DNA from: a virus
Taxonomy: Duplodnaviria > Heunggongvirae > Uroviricota > Caudoviricetes
Strand: one strand, 5' to 3'
Virus record (IMG/VR): IMGVR_UViG_3300030037_000008
Location: 47,072 to 111,071 of that record
DNA: 64,000 nucleotides
The translations under genes and the position numbers were made by a program. The notes below the pieces were generated by a model. It was not told the DNA's origin. It was given only the letters and a program-made list of their open reading frames with translations, and did not search any database. Numbering within the stretch: position 1 is the stretch's first letter; each line of letters starts with the position of its first letter. Positions 1 to 9,864 of this stretch are shown in pieces.

Positions 1-252
1 AGAGATCTCTGGCTTAAGCATGTACCTGATGGACTATTAATTGACGAAGCTTTCCTTTTAATAAAGTACGGCAGTGAATACTTAGAAGATTGGTGGGACT
101 TTGACATGATAGAAGAAGGTGGAGACAGAGATGAGCCGGTTTATATTGAATATCTAATGCTATATGCTCCAGGTAAGATTGATATTTGGTATGATCAAAA
201 GTATTTCATGAAAACTAAATCTGAATTAATAGTGAGCATGTTATATGAGTAG
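1..252 (+). CDS. 3' portion of a WFDP/WWD-repeat family protein (gene begins upstream of the window)
   Basis: Frame open from base 1 to TAG at 250-252. Translation ...EDWWDFDMIEEGG...IDIWYDQKYFMKTKSELIVSMLYE carries the DxWWD / IDxWY repeat and the TK(x)ELIVxxMLY-x tail shared with 10 other ORFs. Stop overlaps the next start (ATGAGTAG). Confidence 0.55.
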   Translation, partial: RDLWLKHVPDGLLIDEAFLLIKYGSEYLEDWWDFDMIEEGGDRDEPVYIEYLMLYAPGKIDIWYDQKYFMKTKSELIVSMLYE

Positions 253-619
253 GAGATCAAACACGCCAAGTACAACAGTTCAACAATTCAGAGCTGTTAT
301 AGATTATTATGATATTTGGTTTGATCCGGATACATTTGATTGGGAGAATAATGCTAGATATCTAGCTAAACTTTACATGCATAAATACGACGATTGGGGC
401 AAACATTGTACTACTGAGCATATATCATATCATGTATTCTATTTTATTAAGTATGCTAATGAAACTATGGATGATTGGTGGGATGAAAGCTTTTTAGAAG
501 ACAGCTATTATGAGGAGAAACTACTTGATTATGCACTAGATCATATTGACGTCTGGTATAGCGATAAATATTTTACACAAACTAAGCAGACTATGATTGT
601 ACAAATGCTATATGTATAG
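245..619 (+). CDS. WFDP/WWD-repeat family protein
   Basis: 124 aa. Three degenerate ~28-aa repeats (DIWFDPDTFDWENNARYLAKLY..DDW / DDWWDESFLED..LLDYALDHIDVW / YSDKYFTQTKQTMIVQMLYV). Ends in LYV. Confidence 0.6.
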   Translation: MSRRSNTPSTTVQQFRAVIDYYDIWFDPDTFDWENNARYLAKLYMHKYDDWGKHCTTEHISYHVFYFIKYANETMDDWWDESFLEDSYYEEKLLDYALDHIDVWYSDKYFTQTKQTMIVQMLYV

Positions 620-657
620 TATATTGTTTAAACATTACTAAATAAGGAATAGTACAA

Positions 658-1467
658 ATGAATAAAACATTCAATTTTTTACCAGTAGCATGTCCCGCTT
701 GTAAGTCAAAACTTCAATGGGATGACAATGGAACTCATATCGTTTGTGTTTCTACTACGTGCTCTGCGCAAAATAGTAAAGGACTTCTTAACTTCTTTAC
801 AGTTCTTAAAGTAAAGCATGTTTCAATGGGAACGATCAATCGTTTGATTGAAGAAGGTCACACCTCGATTGAAGCAGTACTTCGTTTAGATGAATATGAA
901 ATTTCTCAAATGGATGGCTTAGGCAAATCAAAAGCAAAGCAAATTGTCAAAGGTCTTAAAGAAGCGGTTACTGATGTAGAACTTGCTACTATCCAAAAAG
1001 CAACTAACATCTTTGAAGGCTTTGGTGAACGTAAACTAAAATTGTTTAGTGACTATGTATGTCCATTAATGAAGCCTACTGAAGAAGACCTCCTCAAAAT
1101 TGAAGGTGTAGCTGGTGTTACTGCTAAAACGTTTGCTGATAACTATGATGAATTCTGGAAGTTCTTACAAAAGAATCCGATGATCAGAGTTAAGATGCCA
1201 GTTAAAGTAGTACAAGGATCTATTAACGAAGATCTCAACGGTGTAGTATTCACAGGTTTCAGAGATTCTGAATTGGAACAACAGATCATCGACAAAGGTG
1301 GTGTAATGAATTCAGGTGTATCGAAGAAAACAAAGATCCTCCTCTGTAAAGATCCTGATGGTAAGAGTAACAAACTCCAAGCAGCAAGAGAGAAAGGAGT
1401 TAAACTCATGACTAAACAAACCTTCATTGACACTTACATGTTAGAAGGTGGAATCATGGACATCTAA
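658..1467 (+). CDS. Stand-alone C-terminal module of NAD+-dependent DNA ligase (LigA-type Zn finger + HhH + BRCT), with no adenylation or OB domain
   Basis: 269 aa. Starts directly with the LigA Cys4 zinc finger (CPACKSKL...CVSTTCSAQ). Followed by helix-hairpin-helix-like GLGKSKAKQIV and a C-terminal BRCT signature (VFTGFRDSELEQQIIDKGGVMNSGVSKKTKILLCKDPDGKSNKLQAAREKGVKLMTKQTF). RBS AAGGAA is 7 nt upstream of ATG. Confidence 0.7.
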   Translation: MNKTFNFLPVACPACKSKLQWDDNGTHIVCVSTTCSAQNSKGLLNFFTVLKVKHVSMGTINRLIEEGHTSIEAVLRLDEYEISQMDGLGKSKAKQIVKGLKEAVTDVELATIQKATNIFEGFGERKLKLFSDYVCPLMKPTEEDLLKIEGVAGVTAKTFADNYDEFWKFLQKNPMIRVKMPVKVVQGSINEDLNGVVFTGFRDSELEQQIIDKGGVMNSGVSKKTKILLCKDPDGKSNKLQAAREKGVKLMTKQTFIDTYMLEGGIMDI

Positions 1468-2549
1468 TGGAAGCAATTCCAAATAGATTCAAGTTCACTA
1501 CTATTAAATCAAAGTTTAATAAAAGTGGGACTAGACATTTATCTTATTCTGATTCTCATATCATTATGTCTTATGGAAAGATCTTAGGATATTCTTTAGA
1601 AGATAGAGTTAATGTTTTGTATTCTGCTATTGATAAAGAGTACATCACTAAGTTTAAAACTCATTTTGAATTTGAAGGATACAACGAGAGAAATATATTC
1701 AATTCATTTAATAACTATGCCTTTAGTAATACTCAAATGTCCAAGGATGCTTTTAATTTTCGTTATAATGATCGCCTAGTACAAAAATCTTCTATGCGTC
1801 CAGACTATTCTAAGTTTATAGGATGTGAAAGTACAGAGACTATGTCAAAGAAGAACAAAGCTAAAGCTATGAAATATCTGCATAAATATCCTGACGACTT
1901 TTCTTACAATCTAATGCTAAGAAACCATGAAAACCTTGCATCACATCCTATTAATATGTATAGTAGTGATCTTCTTAACTATTATTTTGGAGCTCCTGGA
2001 ACTCTATCTACTGTAACAAAAACTTCTAGAATTATATTAGATAAGATATCTGATCCTAAGCTTATACAATCTTTTAAAGATTGTCCTTTCAGCAATTTGA
2101 TAAATGATAATACTGAATTGGAAACTACAATGGTAGTGTATAACTTTGATCAATATACAGGTAGACAAAGAAATCAGTCATCAGTAAGTCACTTCCATAC
2201 AGAAACCGATGATGCTAAAACAACTAGATTAAAACGACACGGTTCTTCTGGAGCATCGGTTATACAAGACTTGTATACAACCAAATGTATGCATCACTGT
2301 GATATTATTATGATGAGATTAGTTCTTGTTCAACTAGGAAAGTACAGTAGGTCTATTAAAAAACATATACAGATGCTACAACGAACAGATCAATATATAT
2401 TAGAAAGTTTAATTAGTAAGCTAATAATAATAAGAGGTGGTGTACAAAATGACATCCGTATATATAATAATAAAGTGAACGATTATTATACAGACTATAA
2501 TGAAAACATATTAAAAGGACAAGTAGGAGAACTATATGCAGATGATTGA
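1467..2549 (+). CDS. hypothetical protein (360 aa)
   Basis: Long ORF; ATG overlaps the preceding stop (TAATGG). Ends ...GELYADD. Confidence 0.5.
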   Translation: MEAIPNRFKFTTIKSKFNKSGTRHLSYSDSHIIMSYGKILGYSLEDRVNVLYSAIDKEYITKFKTHFEFEGYNERNIFNSFNNYAFSNTQMSKDAFNFRYNDRLVQKSSMRPDYSKFIGCESTETMSKKNKAKAMKYLHKYPDDFSYNLMLRNHENLASHPINMYSSDLLNYYFGAPGTLSTVTKTSRIILDKISDPKLIQSFKDCPFSNLINDNTELETTMVVYNFDQYTGRQRNQSSVSHFHTETDDAKTTRLKRHGSSGASVIQDLYTTKCMHHCDIIMMRLVLVQLGKYSRSIKKHIQMLQRTDQYILESLISKLIIIRGGVQNDIRIYNNKVNDYYTDYNENILKGQVGELYADD

Positions 2550-3723
2550 TCAAATAAATTCACGGCCGGCCCCTACGGATATGCTATACTGTAAAGGTGA
2601 TTATATTGTGCCTACATGTATGCTATCACTGAGAGACTTTTTTAAAAAACGACAATATGAAATGTCGTATGCTAACAATGGAAACAGTTTTAATTCTGAA
2701 TCTCTTGCTTCTCTTGCTATCAATATCTTAGATAAGATAAATTCAACTTTGTATTCAGATCAAGATCGATTTGGGATGGGCAAACATCTATACACGAATT
2801 TTGACTCAGATTACCGTACTATATTAGATATAGGAAATCCTGTATTTGATCATCTTATGTCAATGGGTTATGTATCATTTCAGAATTCTTATGATGAATC
2901 CAGTGTAGATAAACTTAGTAGCTTAGTATCAACATATCTAGATTCTACTGAATTTTTAGATTCGTTTTGTTTGGAACGGTTCTTATCTGGATTGGAAAAA
3001 TATGGGTTAGTTGCTCTACCGTTACTAGCAGATGCAAATTTGTTTATTGCTAACTGCGCATTAATTAACTCAACTTTAGAATACATTAATTCTACTCACA
3101 TGTCGTGTGGATATATTTCACCGGACACTTTTGAATTTGTAGTATTCATAGCAAAAATTATTAATGACTGTGACAATGCTTCAACATTAGGATCGTACAA
3201 CTATTCAAATAATACTTTTAATGAAATGATGTACGTATTATATCAATGCTCTTCTACTAATTGTGATTATAATATATCGTCCTTAGTATTAGAACACATC
3301 TTTGTTAAAAATCAAGTCAGTATGTGTAATACATTTAGATTGGGTGAAATAGTAAATAGATCAGCAAATGGTATAAGTAGTAACGCAGTAATTGAACTTT
3401 TAATGGAGTGTGAATATCTTATAAGTGATAATAACTTTTTCATACTATCAGAATCAGATATATCAACTGTATCTCGATTAATGAACATGGTAGAATTACA
3501 TCCAAGTGATTCATTAATGAATGATCGTTTATCTGATGTATTGATTAAAGATCTATTTAGTTTAGCTGATAATTATCCAGAAGTACCTTCATGGAAAACA
3601 TCAGTACTAGTAGAACTATTGTACAATAATCATGCAGAAGAAGTAATCACTCAAATGTCACCATGCGATTCTTATGAAGAAGTTAAAGAGGTATTAGATT
3701 CACGCAAATCTTTATACGCCTGA
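2536..3723 (+). CDS. hypothetical protein (395 aa)
   Basis: Long ORF overlapping the upstream gene by 14 nt. Ends ...RKSLYA. Confidence 0.5.
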   Translation: MQMIDQINSRPAPTDMLYCKGDYIVPTCMLSLRDFFKKRQYEMSYANNGNSFNSESLASLAINILDKINSTLYSDQDRFGMGKHLYTNFDSDYRTILDIGNPVFDHLMSMGYVSFQNSYDESSVDKLSSLVSTYLDSTEFLDSFCLERFLSGLEKYGLVALPLLADANLFIANCALINSTLEYINSTHMSCGYISPDTFEFVVFIAKIINDCDNASTLGSYNYSNNTFNEMMYVLYQCSSTNCDYNISSLVLEHIFVKNQVSMCNTFRLGEIVNRSANGISSNAVIELLMECEYLISDNNFFILSESDISTVSRLMNMVELHPSDSLMNDRLSDVLIKDLFSLADNYPEVPSWKTSVLVELLYNNHAEEVITQMSPCDSYEEVKEVLDSRKSLYA

Positions 3724-3782
3724 TCACTTAATACCACGTCCAACAAAAGGAGTATCAAATTAATGATACTCCTTTTTATTGT

Positions 3783-4601
3783 TTATTTAAAGATGCTTAA
3801 ATCTATTGGAGGAAGAGGACACATTAAATTGTCAACATCAGTAATACTAAGCATATCATCATTACCTAACATTACTAACTTATTAGATTGCATGTTAGTC
3901 TTTTCATGTACTGAGAATCGTTTCTTCATACTCTTAAGGTTTCTTAACATTGGATATATATGAGCAGTTCTAGAAGCTTCTAATGCTGCATTGTTATTGA
4001 ATATAGTATCTCCATCTTTAAGATCTTGGCAAATAAGATGTAAGTAAGAAAAAGTTTCATCGTCATCTTCAGTCTCAAATATTGTGTCATCTACTTGAGC
4101 ATTATACTTAAGTAGTACTTTAAATTTGAAGTAGTTTGGATATGTTTCTTTAAAGGTGCTCTCGGACGCTTTGTCTCTATTGACATATAGTCCTTCAAGT
4201 TCTTTAACTAATTCATCTATGTCCAACTTAGTAATGTCTCTAAGTTCATTAATGAACTGTATACGATCCAGTGGCTCAACATGATCCTTTTTAGCATACC
4301 AGTTTGAACACCATTTACTAGTTATATCAGTGTTATAACAATCAGTGGCATTATTAATAGAGTTCCACATGCAGATTGTTTTCCAACTAAAGAAGGACAT
4401 ATTATCTAGATCATCTAACCACTTAGTCAGACGTTCTTGCAGCAGTGGAAGTTCAAATGTTTTAAGATGATTAATGAACCTTAGGTTACGATCATCTAAA
4501 CACTTCTCAGCTTTAGTAATGCTTTGATCAATTACTTTAAGTAAATTACGAGTCTGATACTCATACTGTGTTGTATTGATTTCTACTTTACTTTTACTCA
4601 T
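3783..4601 (-). CDS. hypothetical protein (272 aa)
   Basis: Long minus-strand ORF. Stop overlaps the frd start region (ATGA-type junction at 4598-4601). Confidence 0.5.
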   Translation of the reverse strand: MSKSKVEINTTQYEYQTRNLLKVIDQSITKAEKCLDDRNLRFINHLKTFELPLLQERLTKWLDDLDNMSFFSWKTICMWNSINNATDCYNTDITSKWCSNWYAKKDHVEPLDRIQFINELRDITKLDIDELVKELEGLYVNRDKASESTFKETYPNYFKFKVLLKYNAQVDDTIFETEDDDETFSYLHLICQDLKDGDTIFNNNAALEASRTAHIYPMLRNLKSMKKRFSVHEKTNMQSNKLVMLGNDDMLSITDVDNLMCPLPPIDLSIFK

Positions 4602-5068
4602 CGTGTCATCTCCCAGAACTTAGCACGACCACAAGTTGATTCACCTAGCAGTGTTCTATTAGCCCATGGCATTTTTGGTTTATAGTAAGTGTCACCAGAA
4701 TAATCTCCGATAACTTCTGTCCAAATAATCTTTTGACAAATTGGTTCAAAGTGCTCATAAATCTGAGCTCCACCAATGATCATAAGTTCATCACATTCAG
4801 GAATCTCTTTGTATGAGTTGATGTAATGGAACCCGTCACTATGCGGACGACCATAATTTCTTAGACAGCGAGTAGTAAGAACGTAGTTAGTTCTATTAGG
4901 AAGTGGTCCATTAGGCAGTGTCTTAGCAGTAGTAGAACCCATAAGAACAGGCTTACCTTTAGTGTACTTTACGAAATGAGCAAAGTCTTCTTTGATATGC
5001 CATGGCAGTTTCATCCCGTCACCGATGAGACCGTCTGTAGTTGATGCATAAATCATTGTGACTTTCAT
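4598..5068 (-). CDS. frd: dihydrofolate reductase
   Basis: DHFR motifs MIYASTTDGLIGDGMKLPW ... LMGSTTAKTL ... LMIIGGAQIYEHF. Start trimmed to the internal ATG (MKVTMIYAS) preceded by AAAGGAAAATAT-ATG; the track ORF extends to 5101. Confidence 0.85.
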   Translation of the reverse strand: MKVTMIYASTTDGLIGDGMKLPWHIKEDFAHFVKYTKGKPVLMGSTTAKTLPNGPLPNRTNYVLTTRCLRNYGRPHSDGFHYINSYKEIPECDELMIIGGAQIYEHFEPICQKIIWTEVIGDYSGDTYYKPKMPWANRTLLGESTCGRAKFWEMTR

Positions 5069-5084
5069 ATATTTTCCTTTTGTT

Positions 5085-5855
5085 TTAGATAATTCTAGCA
5101 AAATCCCTAGATGTTAGATTAATAGTACCACCACATGAACTTAGCTTATTGCACATAGTGTGAGCTATGTTCAAGATGTTATTCTCAATGTAATACAGCT
5201 CATCATAAATAACACCCGTACTTTTGATATTTTCAGGTGCATCTTCTGTTACTAAACCAAAGCTAATTTTATGATCTTGATCAAGTCCGTGAAGTGCGAC
5301 ATAATTTAAAGATTGTACAAACGTTCTAGTATTAAATAGATCGCCATGTTTTTTATCATACATTTCTGCACTCATAACAAACATACCTCCAATAAAAGAT
5401 AGGAAATGTAAAGTGTCTTCTTTTCTACAATCACTAGTACTTAAAATGAAGTCATTGATATCAGCTTTGAGTTGGAGCTTATTTATTAAAGCACAATCAA
5501 GATTGTGTATCGCTTTCTCTAGAATTCTAGCGAATTCTTCTATATTCATAGTTTCATTTCGTAGATCAGCATTGTGTTTAATTTTAGTGAAAGTAGCTCT
5601 ATGTCTAAATGAATCATTAACTGTACCATGATAGATAACTTTCTTACTTCTAAACCAGCTAGCTGGCTTAACTTCAATGATACCGTTTTCACCTCGCAAT
5701 ATACCCAAAATCTCAGGTAGTTGAACATCTACAATAGAGTCTACTATAGCCTTTACATTATCATTCAATAGTTTATTAAGTGAATGTACTTTAGCTTGTG
5801 CTAGTACTAATACATCCTCTGCTTCTACTTCACACGTACTTAATTCTCTACTCAT
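5085..5855 (-). CDS. thyX: putative flavin-dependent thymidylate synthase (ThyX-like)
   Basis: 256 aa. RHR at residues 84-86 (FRHRATFT), matching the ThyX RHR position. A second ThyX-like block NTRTFVQSLNYVALH resembles NARSLMNFLNLRADSH. Sits immediately upstream of frd, the position td occupies in T4. Moderate confidence only. Confidence 0.5.
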   Translation of the reverse strand: MSRELSTCEVEAEDVLVLAQAKVHSLNKLLNDNVKAIVDSIVDVQLPEILGILRGENGIIEVKPASWFRSKKVIYHGTVNDSFRHRATFTKIKHNADLRNETMNIEEFARILEKAIHNLDCALINKLQLKADINDFILSTSDCRKEDTLHFLSFIGGMFVMSAEMYDKKHGDLFNTRTFVQSLNYVALHGLDQDHKISFGLVTEDAPENIKSTGVIYDELYYIENNILNIAHTMCNKLSSCGGTINLTSRDFARII

Positions 5856-5857
5856 AT

Positions 5858-6475
5858 TTAATCTCCATACATTCTGTTTATTATTGTTGTTCTTGTTAAT
5901 TTATTTTTTATGTTATCTGTAGATCTTTTATAAAACAAACTATGCCACTCGTCGATATCTTGAATTCTACATTTCTTTAATAGATCAATGTAATACATTC
6001 TAAAGTGTTTACATAAGTTGGTTTCAGCATACTTTGCATCTCCGTAAGTTTGTTCTAATAGAAAGTGTAAGTCTTTGTATTGTATAGTTTCTACTTGCTC
6101 AATTGCAGTACCCATACATCTAAGTAATCTTTGAGCATGTCCACCGTGATGTCCACGAGCACTACCTACTACAAAGAATGCAGGAGTTGTATATTTCAAA
6201 TGAATCATTTCACCAATTAGAATAGGCATCCAATATGCAGCATCATCACCTCTAAATTTACAGAAAGCGTGCATAATAGTACTAGGCCACATTGAATTTC
6301 CTTGGCGTCTGATATCATTAAAAACTTCAATAACAGAAGCATCTGTCATGAGTTCTTCAGTCGTATGATCTTTTCTTTCCAGATATTCTATTAAGAATTG
6401 GCGAGTCTTGATAGCTCCAGTTATGTTACTAAGTATTCCCATGTTAATCTTCTCCGAAAGATACGTTGGTAACAA
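5858..6475 (-). CDS. hypothetical protein (205 aa; His/Gly-rich segment GSARGHHGGHAQR)
   Basis: ORF tightly abutting the thyX-like gene. No assignable motif. Confidence 0.45.
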   Translation of the reverse strand: MLPTYLSEKINMGILSNITGAIKTRQFLIEYLERKDHTTEELMTDASVIEVFNDIRRQGNSMWPSTIMHAFCKFRGDDAAYWMPILIGEMIHLKYTTPAFFVVGSARGHHGGHAQRLLRCMGTAIEQVETIQYKDLHFLLEQTYGDAKYAETNLCKHFRMYYIDLLKKCRIQDIDEWHSLFYKRSTDNIKNKLTRTTIINRMYGD

Positions 6476-6698
6476 ATACAGTTTCTTTCGACTGATCCAT
6501 TGTAAATTCCATAAGCACTGTTATATCTTCGTTATCAACATGATTAGCATAATACTCGAAGGTTACGTTATCTATAGATAGTAGTTGACAAAATTCCCAA
6601 TCTTTAAGATATTTATTATGTACCGTTAACACATGTTCGAACTTTAAAGTTACACACAATGATACTTCATGTTCTTCGTAAATTTCTAACTTATACAT
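6444..6698 (-). CDS. hypothetical protein (84 aa)
   Basis: Small ORF in an overlapping gene train. Confidence 0.35.
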   Translation of the reverse strand: MYKLEIYEEHEVSLCVTLKFEHVLTVHNKYLKDWEFCQLLSIDNVTFEYYANHVDNEDITVLMEFTMDQSKETVFVTNVSFGED

Positions 6699-7098
6699 TT
6701 GTATTTCCTCTTAATGATATCTTCATCCAAAGATAAGGGTTAACTTCAGTATACAATTCATGTTCAAAATCGTCAATGTCAGGGCCTCCTTCTATATGAA
6801 ATACTTTAAGCATACGAGCAGCTTCGTTAATGCACATTTGTTTTCTATTGGGAGTTTCATTTTCAAATCCTTTCCATTCATGATTCCGTGCAATTTCAGG
6901 TACGAATAGTTGAATCCATAAGAATATCTGACATACATCTGTATTACCTGGATGTGAAGTCTGTAGAGCCATATTAAAATCTTGGCCTAGTAAGCATGTT
7001 ACATAACTTCCAGGTTCGAAACCGTACATTACATAATTCTTAATAGAAGACATAGTATTGACTTCTGCTCTATCAAATAAAGTTCTTGGTAATATCAT
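6691..7098 (-). CDS. hypothetical protein (135 aa)
   Basis: ORF in a minus-strand operon; overlaps both neighbours by 4-8 nt. Confidence 0.45.
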   Translation of the reverse strand: MILPRTLFDRAEVNTMSSIKNYVMYGFEPGSYVTCLLGQDFNMALQTSHPGNTDVCQIFLWIQLFVPEIARNHEWKGFENETPNRKQMCINEAARMLKVFHIEGGPDIDDFEHELYTEVNPYLWMKISLRGNTNV

Positions 7099-8648
7099 GA
7101 GTAAAGACTCTTTGAGCTGGTTAAAATTGAATTCAATTGCGAGTTAGATTCATTAGCAATTCGAGTTTTCCAATATACTGAATCATCTATTGTACCAGAC
7201 TCTATACCCTTAATCACAGTATAATACTTGCTAGGAGCAATATTTTTTAACAAAGCTTTATCCTTATAAGGATCTACATCATACAGAGACTTTGCTAATA
7301 CATCATACAATCCTTTGTCTTTAAGTAACTTACTATTCTTATTCAGAATATTATCTGACATAACAAATCTAACTGACTTAGCATAACTTATTCCATGTTT
7401 ATACACATAGGTACTGTAAGATTTAACAGCTTGTTTAGTTGAGTTGGATATCACATGGAAATATAAGAACAGTTCTAATGGTGTGATTAAGCCTCTGAAT
7501 TTTATAAGACGATAGTCTAATTGTTCAATGTCATCTTTACTAAATTTAGAGACAGCATTAATAACTTTAGATGTTGAAACAAATGAGTCAGTACCTTTTA
7601 TCATTAAACCATCTTCATAATGATTACTTACATCAATTGAACTACTAGAGTTGATACTTCCACTCCAACTGGTAGCATCCTTTGTAATCATATGAAATAT
7701 AATTTGCAAGGTCAGATCATTTACATTAGCAGAATGATTTACTTTAAAAGTATCTGATAGTTTTACATTTTTATTTGTAGCATACAATTTAGCAAACTGT
7801 TTGTACATTACATTAGTTCGATGTCCAAATAACTTAGTAGCTTCTTTGCATGAAATATCTAAAACTTCAAACTCCATCATATCATTTGCTTTACAAATTT
7901 CTTGTTGTATAGCAGTTTCTAATTGAAGTGTATACGATGTAACCATTTCGAACAAATCATCTTCTTTGTAATTGTAAGTAGCTGAGATTAAGTATGAATC
8001 AAATTGATGACGAGTTATTTTTAAATTTCTATTTGTATGAAATCTAATAAGTTGTTCTTTCAATTGCTTGTTAGAAAGTTTAACGTGTCTTACTCTGTTA
8101 TGAAAAGCATTTGACAAAGTGTTAAGTGAAGAGTACTCGTTTCTATTCTTATTGATCAATCCAGTAAGAGTCTCCATGTTATGATCATCTTCAATCATTT
8201 TGAATATAGCTAAGATGTTATCTATAAGATCGATAGCTTCTTCTTTACCATGTTGAAAAACATGTTGATTAATTGCTTTGATGCATGTATGTCTAACTAG
8301 AAGTTTAAGATGACTACTATTATAAGAAGTAGCTTTGTTTAAATCAATTAGATTAAGTAAGTTAAGAACAGTAGTATCTTTATTCTCTGTTTCTTTAAGA
8401 GAGTTTATGATAGGTAAGTTAATATCATCTTCAATAACACTTCTTAGCGCCTCGTCATCTAGCATTTTATCATAATGCTGAATTGCACTGACACTTGTTT
8501 GTTTAGATACCATGCGTAGTAGTAATTCGAATTTAGGTAAGTCTTCTGCTTCTACATACTTATCAAGTTTTTTGAATATGGAAGTTCGTGCCACTGTAGA
8601 AGTACTTAAAATATCTCGTACTTTCATGAATAATTCTGTTTCTGTCAT
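7095..8648 (-). CDS. hypothetical protein (517 aa)
   Basis: Long uninterrupted ORF, Lys/Asn/Ser-rich. No recognisable catalytic motif. Confidence 0.55.
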   Translation of the reverse strand: MTETELFMKVRDILSTSTVARTSIFKKLDKYVEAEDLPKFELLLRMVSKQTSVSAIQHYDKMLDDEALRSVIEDDINLPIINSLKETENKDTTVLNLLNLIDLNKATSYNSSHLKLLVRHTCIKAINQHVFQHGKEEAIDLIDNILAIFKMIEDDHNMETLTGLINKNRNEYSSLNTLSNAFHNRVRHVKLSNKQLKEQLIRFHTNRNLKITRHQFDSYLISATYNYKEDDLFEMVTSYTLQLETAIQQEICKANDMMEFEVLDISCKEATKLFGHRTNVMYKQFAKLYATNKNVKLSDTFKVNHSANVNDLTLQIIFHMITKDATSWSGSINSSSSIDVSNHYEDGLMIKGTDSFVSTSKVINAVSKFSKDDIEQLDYRLIKFRGLITPLELFLYFHVISNSTKQAVKSYSTYVYKHGISYAKSVRFVMSDNILNKNSKLLKDKGLYDVLAKSLYDVDPYKDKALLKNIAPSKYYTVIKGIESGTIDDSVYWKTRIANESNSQLNSILTSSKSLYS

Positions 8649-8746
8649 AGCGGTTTCCTTAATTGTTACTATAAGATAAACTACTAATATGATAAGTACA
8701 ACACAAAAGACCTAAATAAATAGATCTTTTGTTAAATTACTTTAAA

Positions 8747-9322
8747 TTAGATATTGTCTTCTGGCTCAATCTCTAACTTATCAATCTCTGTACGAATACC
8801 AGCGATTTCTTTTTCCATAGCTTCAGGATCTTCATTCTCAGAAAGAATAGAGTCACCATTGTCAGGTACTAAATCAAATTGATCGCCTGGCTTGTCAAAG
8901 AAAACTCCGTATTGATAAGTAGCATCAACTGGTGTAATTCTTACATAGGACATTAATGATTCACCTGCTCCTGGAGCTTCCATCTCTAAAACATCACTAA
9001 ATACTTTATCAGTTACATCTACTTCTGATTCAGAATAGTTAGCATCTTCAGGTTCATATGGATCACTATAATTAGAGTATTGGTATGTATGCTCAGCAGT
9101 AATTTCATTTGCAGAATCTACATCACTAAACACTCTAATGAATTGAACAGGATCACCGTGCTCATCTTCAATTGTAAATCTTTCTGTTTTGTATTCAGCT
9201 TCACGTTTTTCAGTCCAACCAACTCCGTAAATTTCAGAAATTGCAGTTGAAAGCAAACCGTTAAGAATTACAATATGCTCTTCATCTGATCTCTGTTGAG
9301 CTTCAGTTAAATCGTAATCCAC
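8747..9322 (-). CDS. highly acidic hypothetical protein (191 aa)
   Basis: Very D/E-rich, hydrophobic-poor ORF. Stop and start are adjacent to the next acidic ORF. Confidence 0.5.
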   Translation of the reverse strand: MDYDLTEAQQRSDEEHIVILNGLLSTAISEIYGVGWTEKREAEYKTERFTIEDEHGDPVQFIRVFSDVDSANEITAEHTYQYSNYSDPYEPEDANYSESEVDVTDKVFSDVLEMEAPGAGESLMSYVRITPVDATYQYGVFFDKPGDQFDLVPDNGDSILSENEDPEAMEKEIAGIRTEIDKLEIEPEDNI

Positions 9323-9822
9323 TAGTCTGCCATTGGTTGGTAATCATCTTCTGAATACTCGATAATAGAATTAGTAAGCTCAGCTTCAATTGAACTTTCT
9401 GGATCGATTGTAAATACGAATGTAGCTTGAGTTTTATCATCATTGAAGACTGTCTTCTGATCAGTAACATTAATACCTGCATTACTTAATTCATCAGCGA
9501 ATAATTCTAAATCACTATCAAGCATACTATCTTTATAATATGATGCATCATAATTATGTACGTCCAATGTCATTTCAGTGGCATCATCATTGTAATTAGC
9601 CGCACCCTCAATTGTAACTTCGTTACGAGGATCACCTGATTCCATGCCCATAACATCATCTGTTACAAGATCTATAAGTTGTTTTACCTGTTTAACTTTG
9701 CTACTAACTTCAGGAGCCTTTGGAGTTACTTCTTTCTTATCAGCTTCATCTCCGAAAATGATAATACTTCCATCTGTGTATTCTTGTTTAGTTGCTTCGT
9801 AAAGCTTCATGAATTTTGACAT
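9322..9822 (-). CDS. highly acidic hypothetical protein (166 aa)
   Basis: D/E-rich ORF with an RBS-like AAGGAATTAAAT-ATG upstream. Confidence 0.5.
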   Translation of the reverse strand: MSKFMKLYEATKQEYTDGSIIIFGDEADKKEVTPKAPEVSSKVKQVKQLIDLVTDDVMGMESGDPRNEVTIEGAANYNDDATEMTLDVHNYDASYYKDSMLDSDLELFADELSNAGINVTDQKTVFNDDKTQATFVFTIDPESSIEAELTNSIIEYSEDDYQPMAD

Positions 9823-9864
9823 ATTTAATTCCTTAAAATTGTTTTTATTTTATTTATCTTACTT

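Noticed and set aside
5858-6475. Assigning 5858..6475 as a dNMP kinase or the second half of the thymidylate synthase
   Set aside because: No P-loop, no ThyX or ThyA motifs. Only a His/Gly-rich patch. Insufficient evidence.
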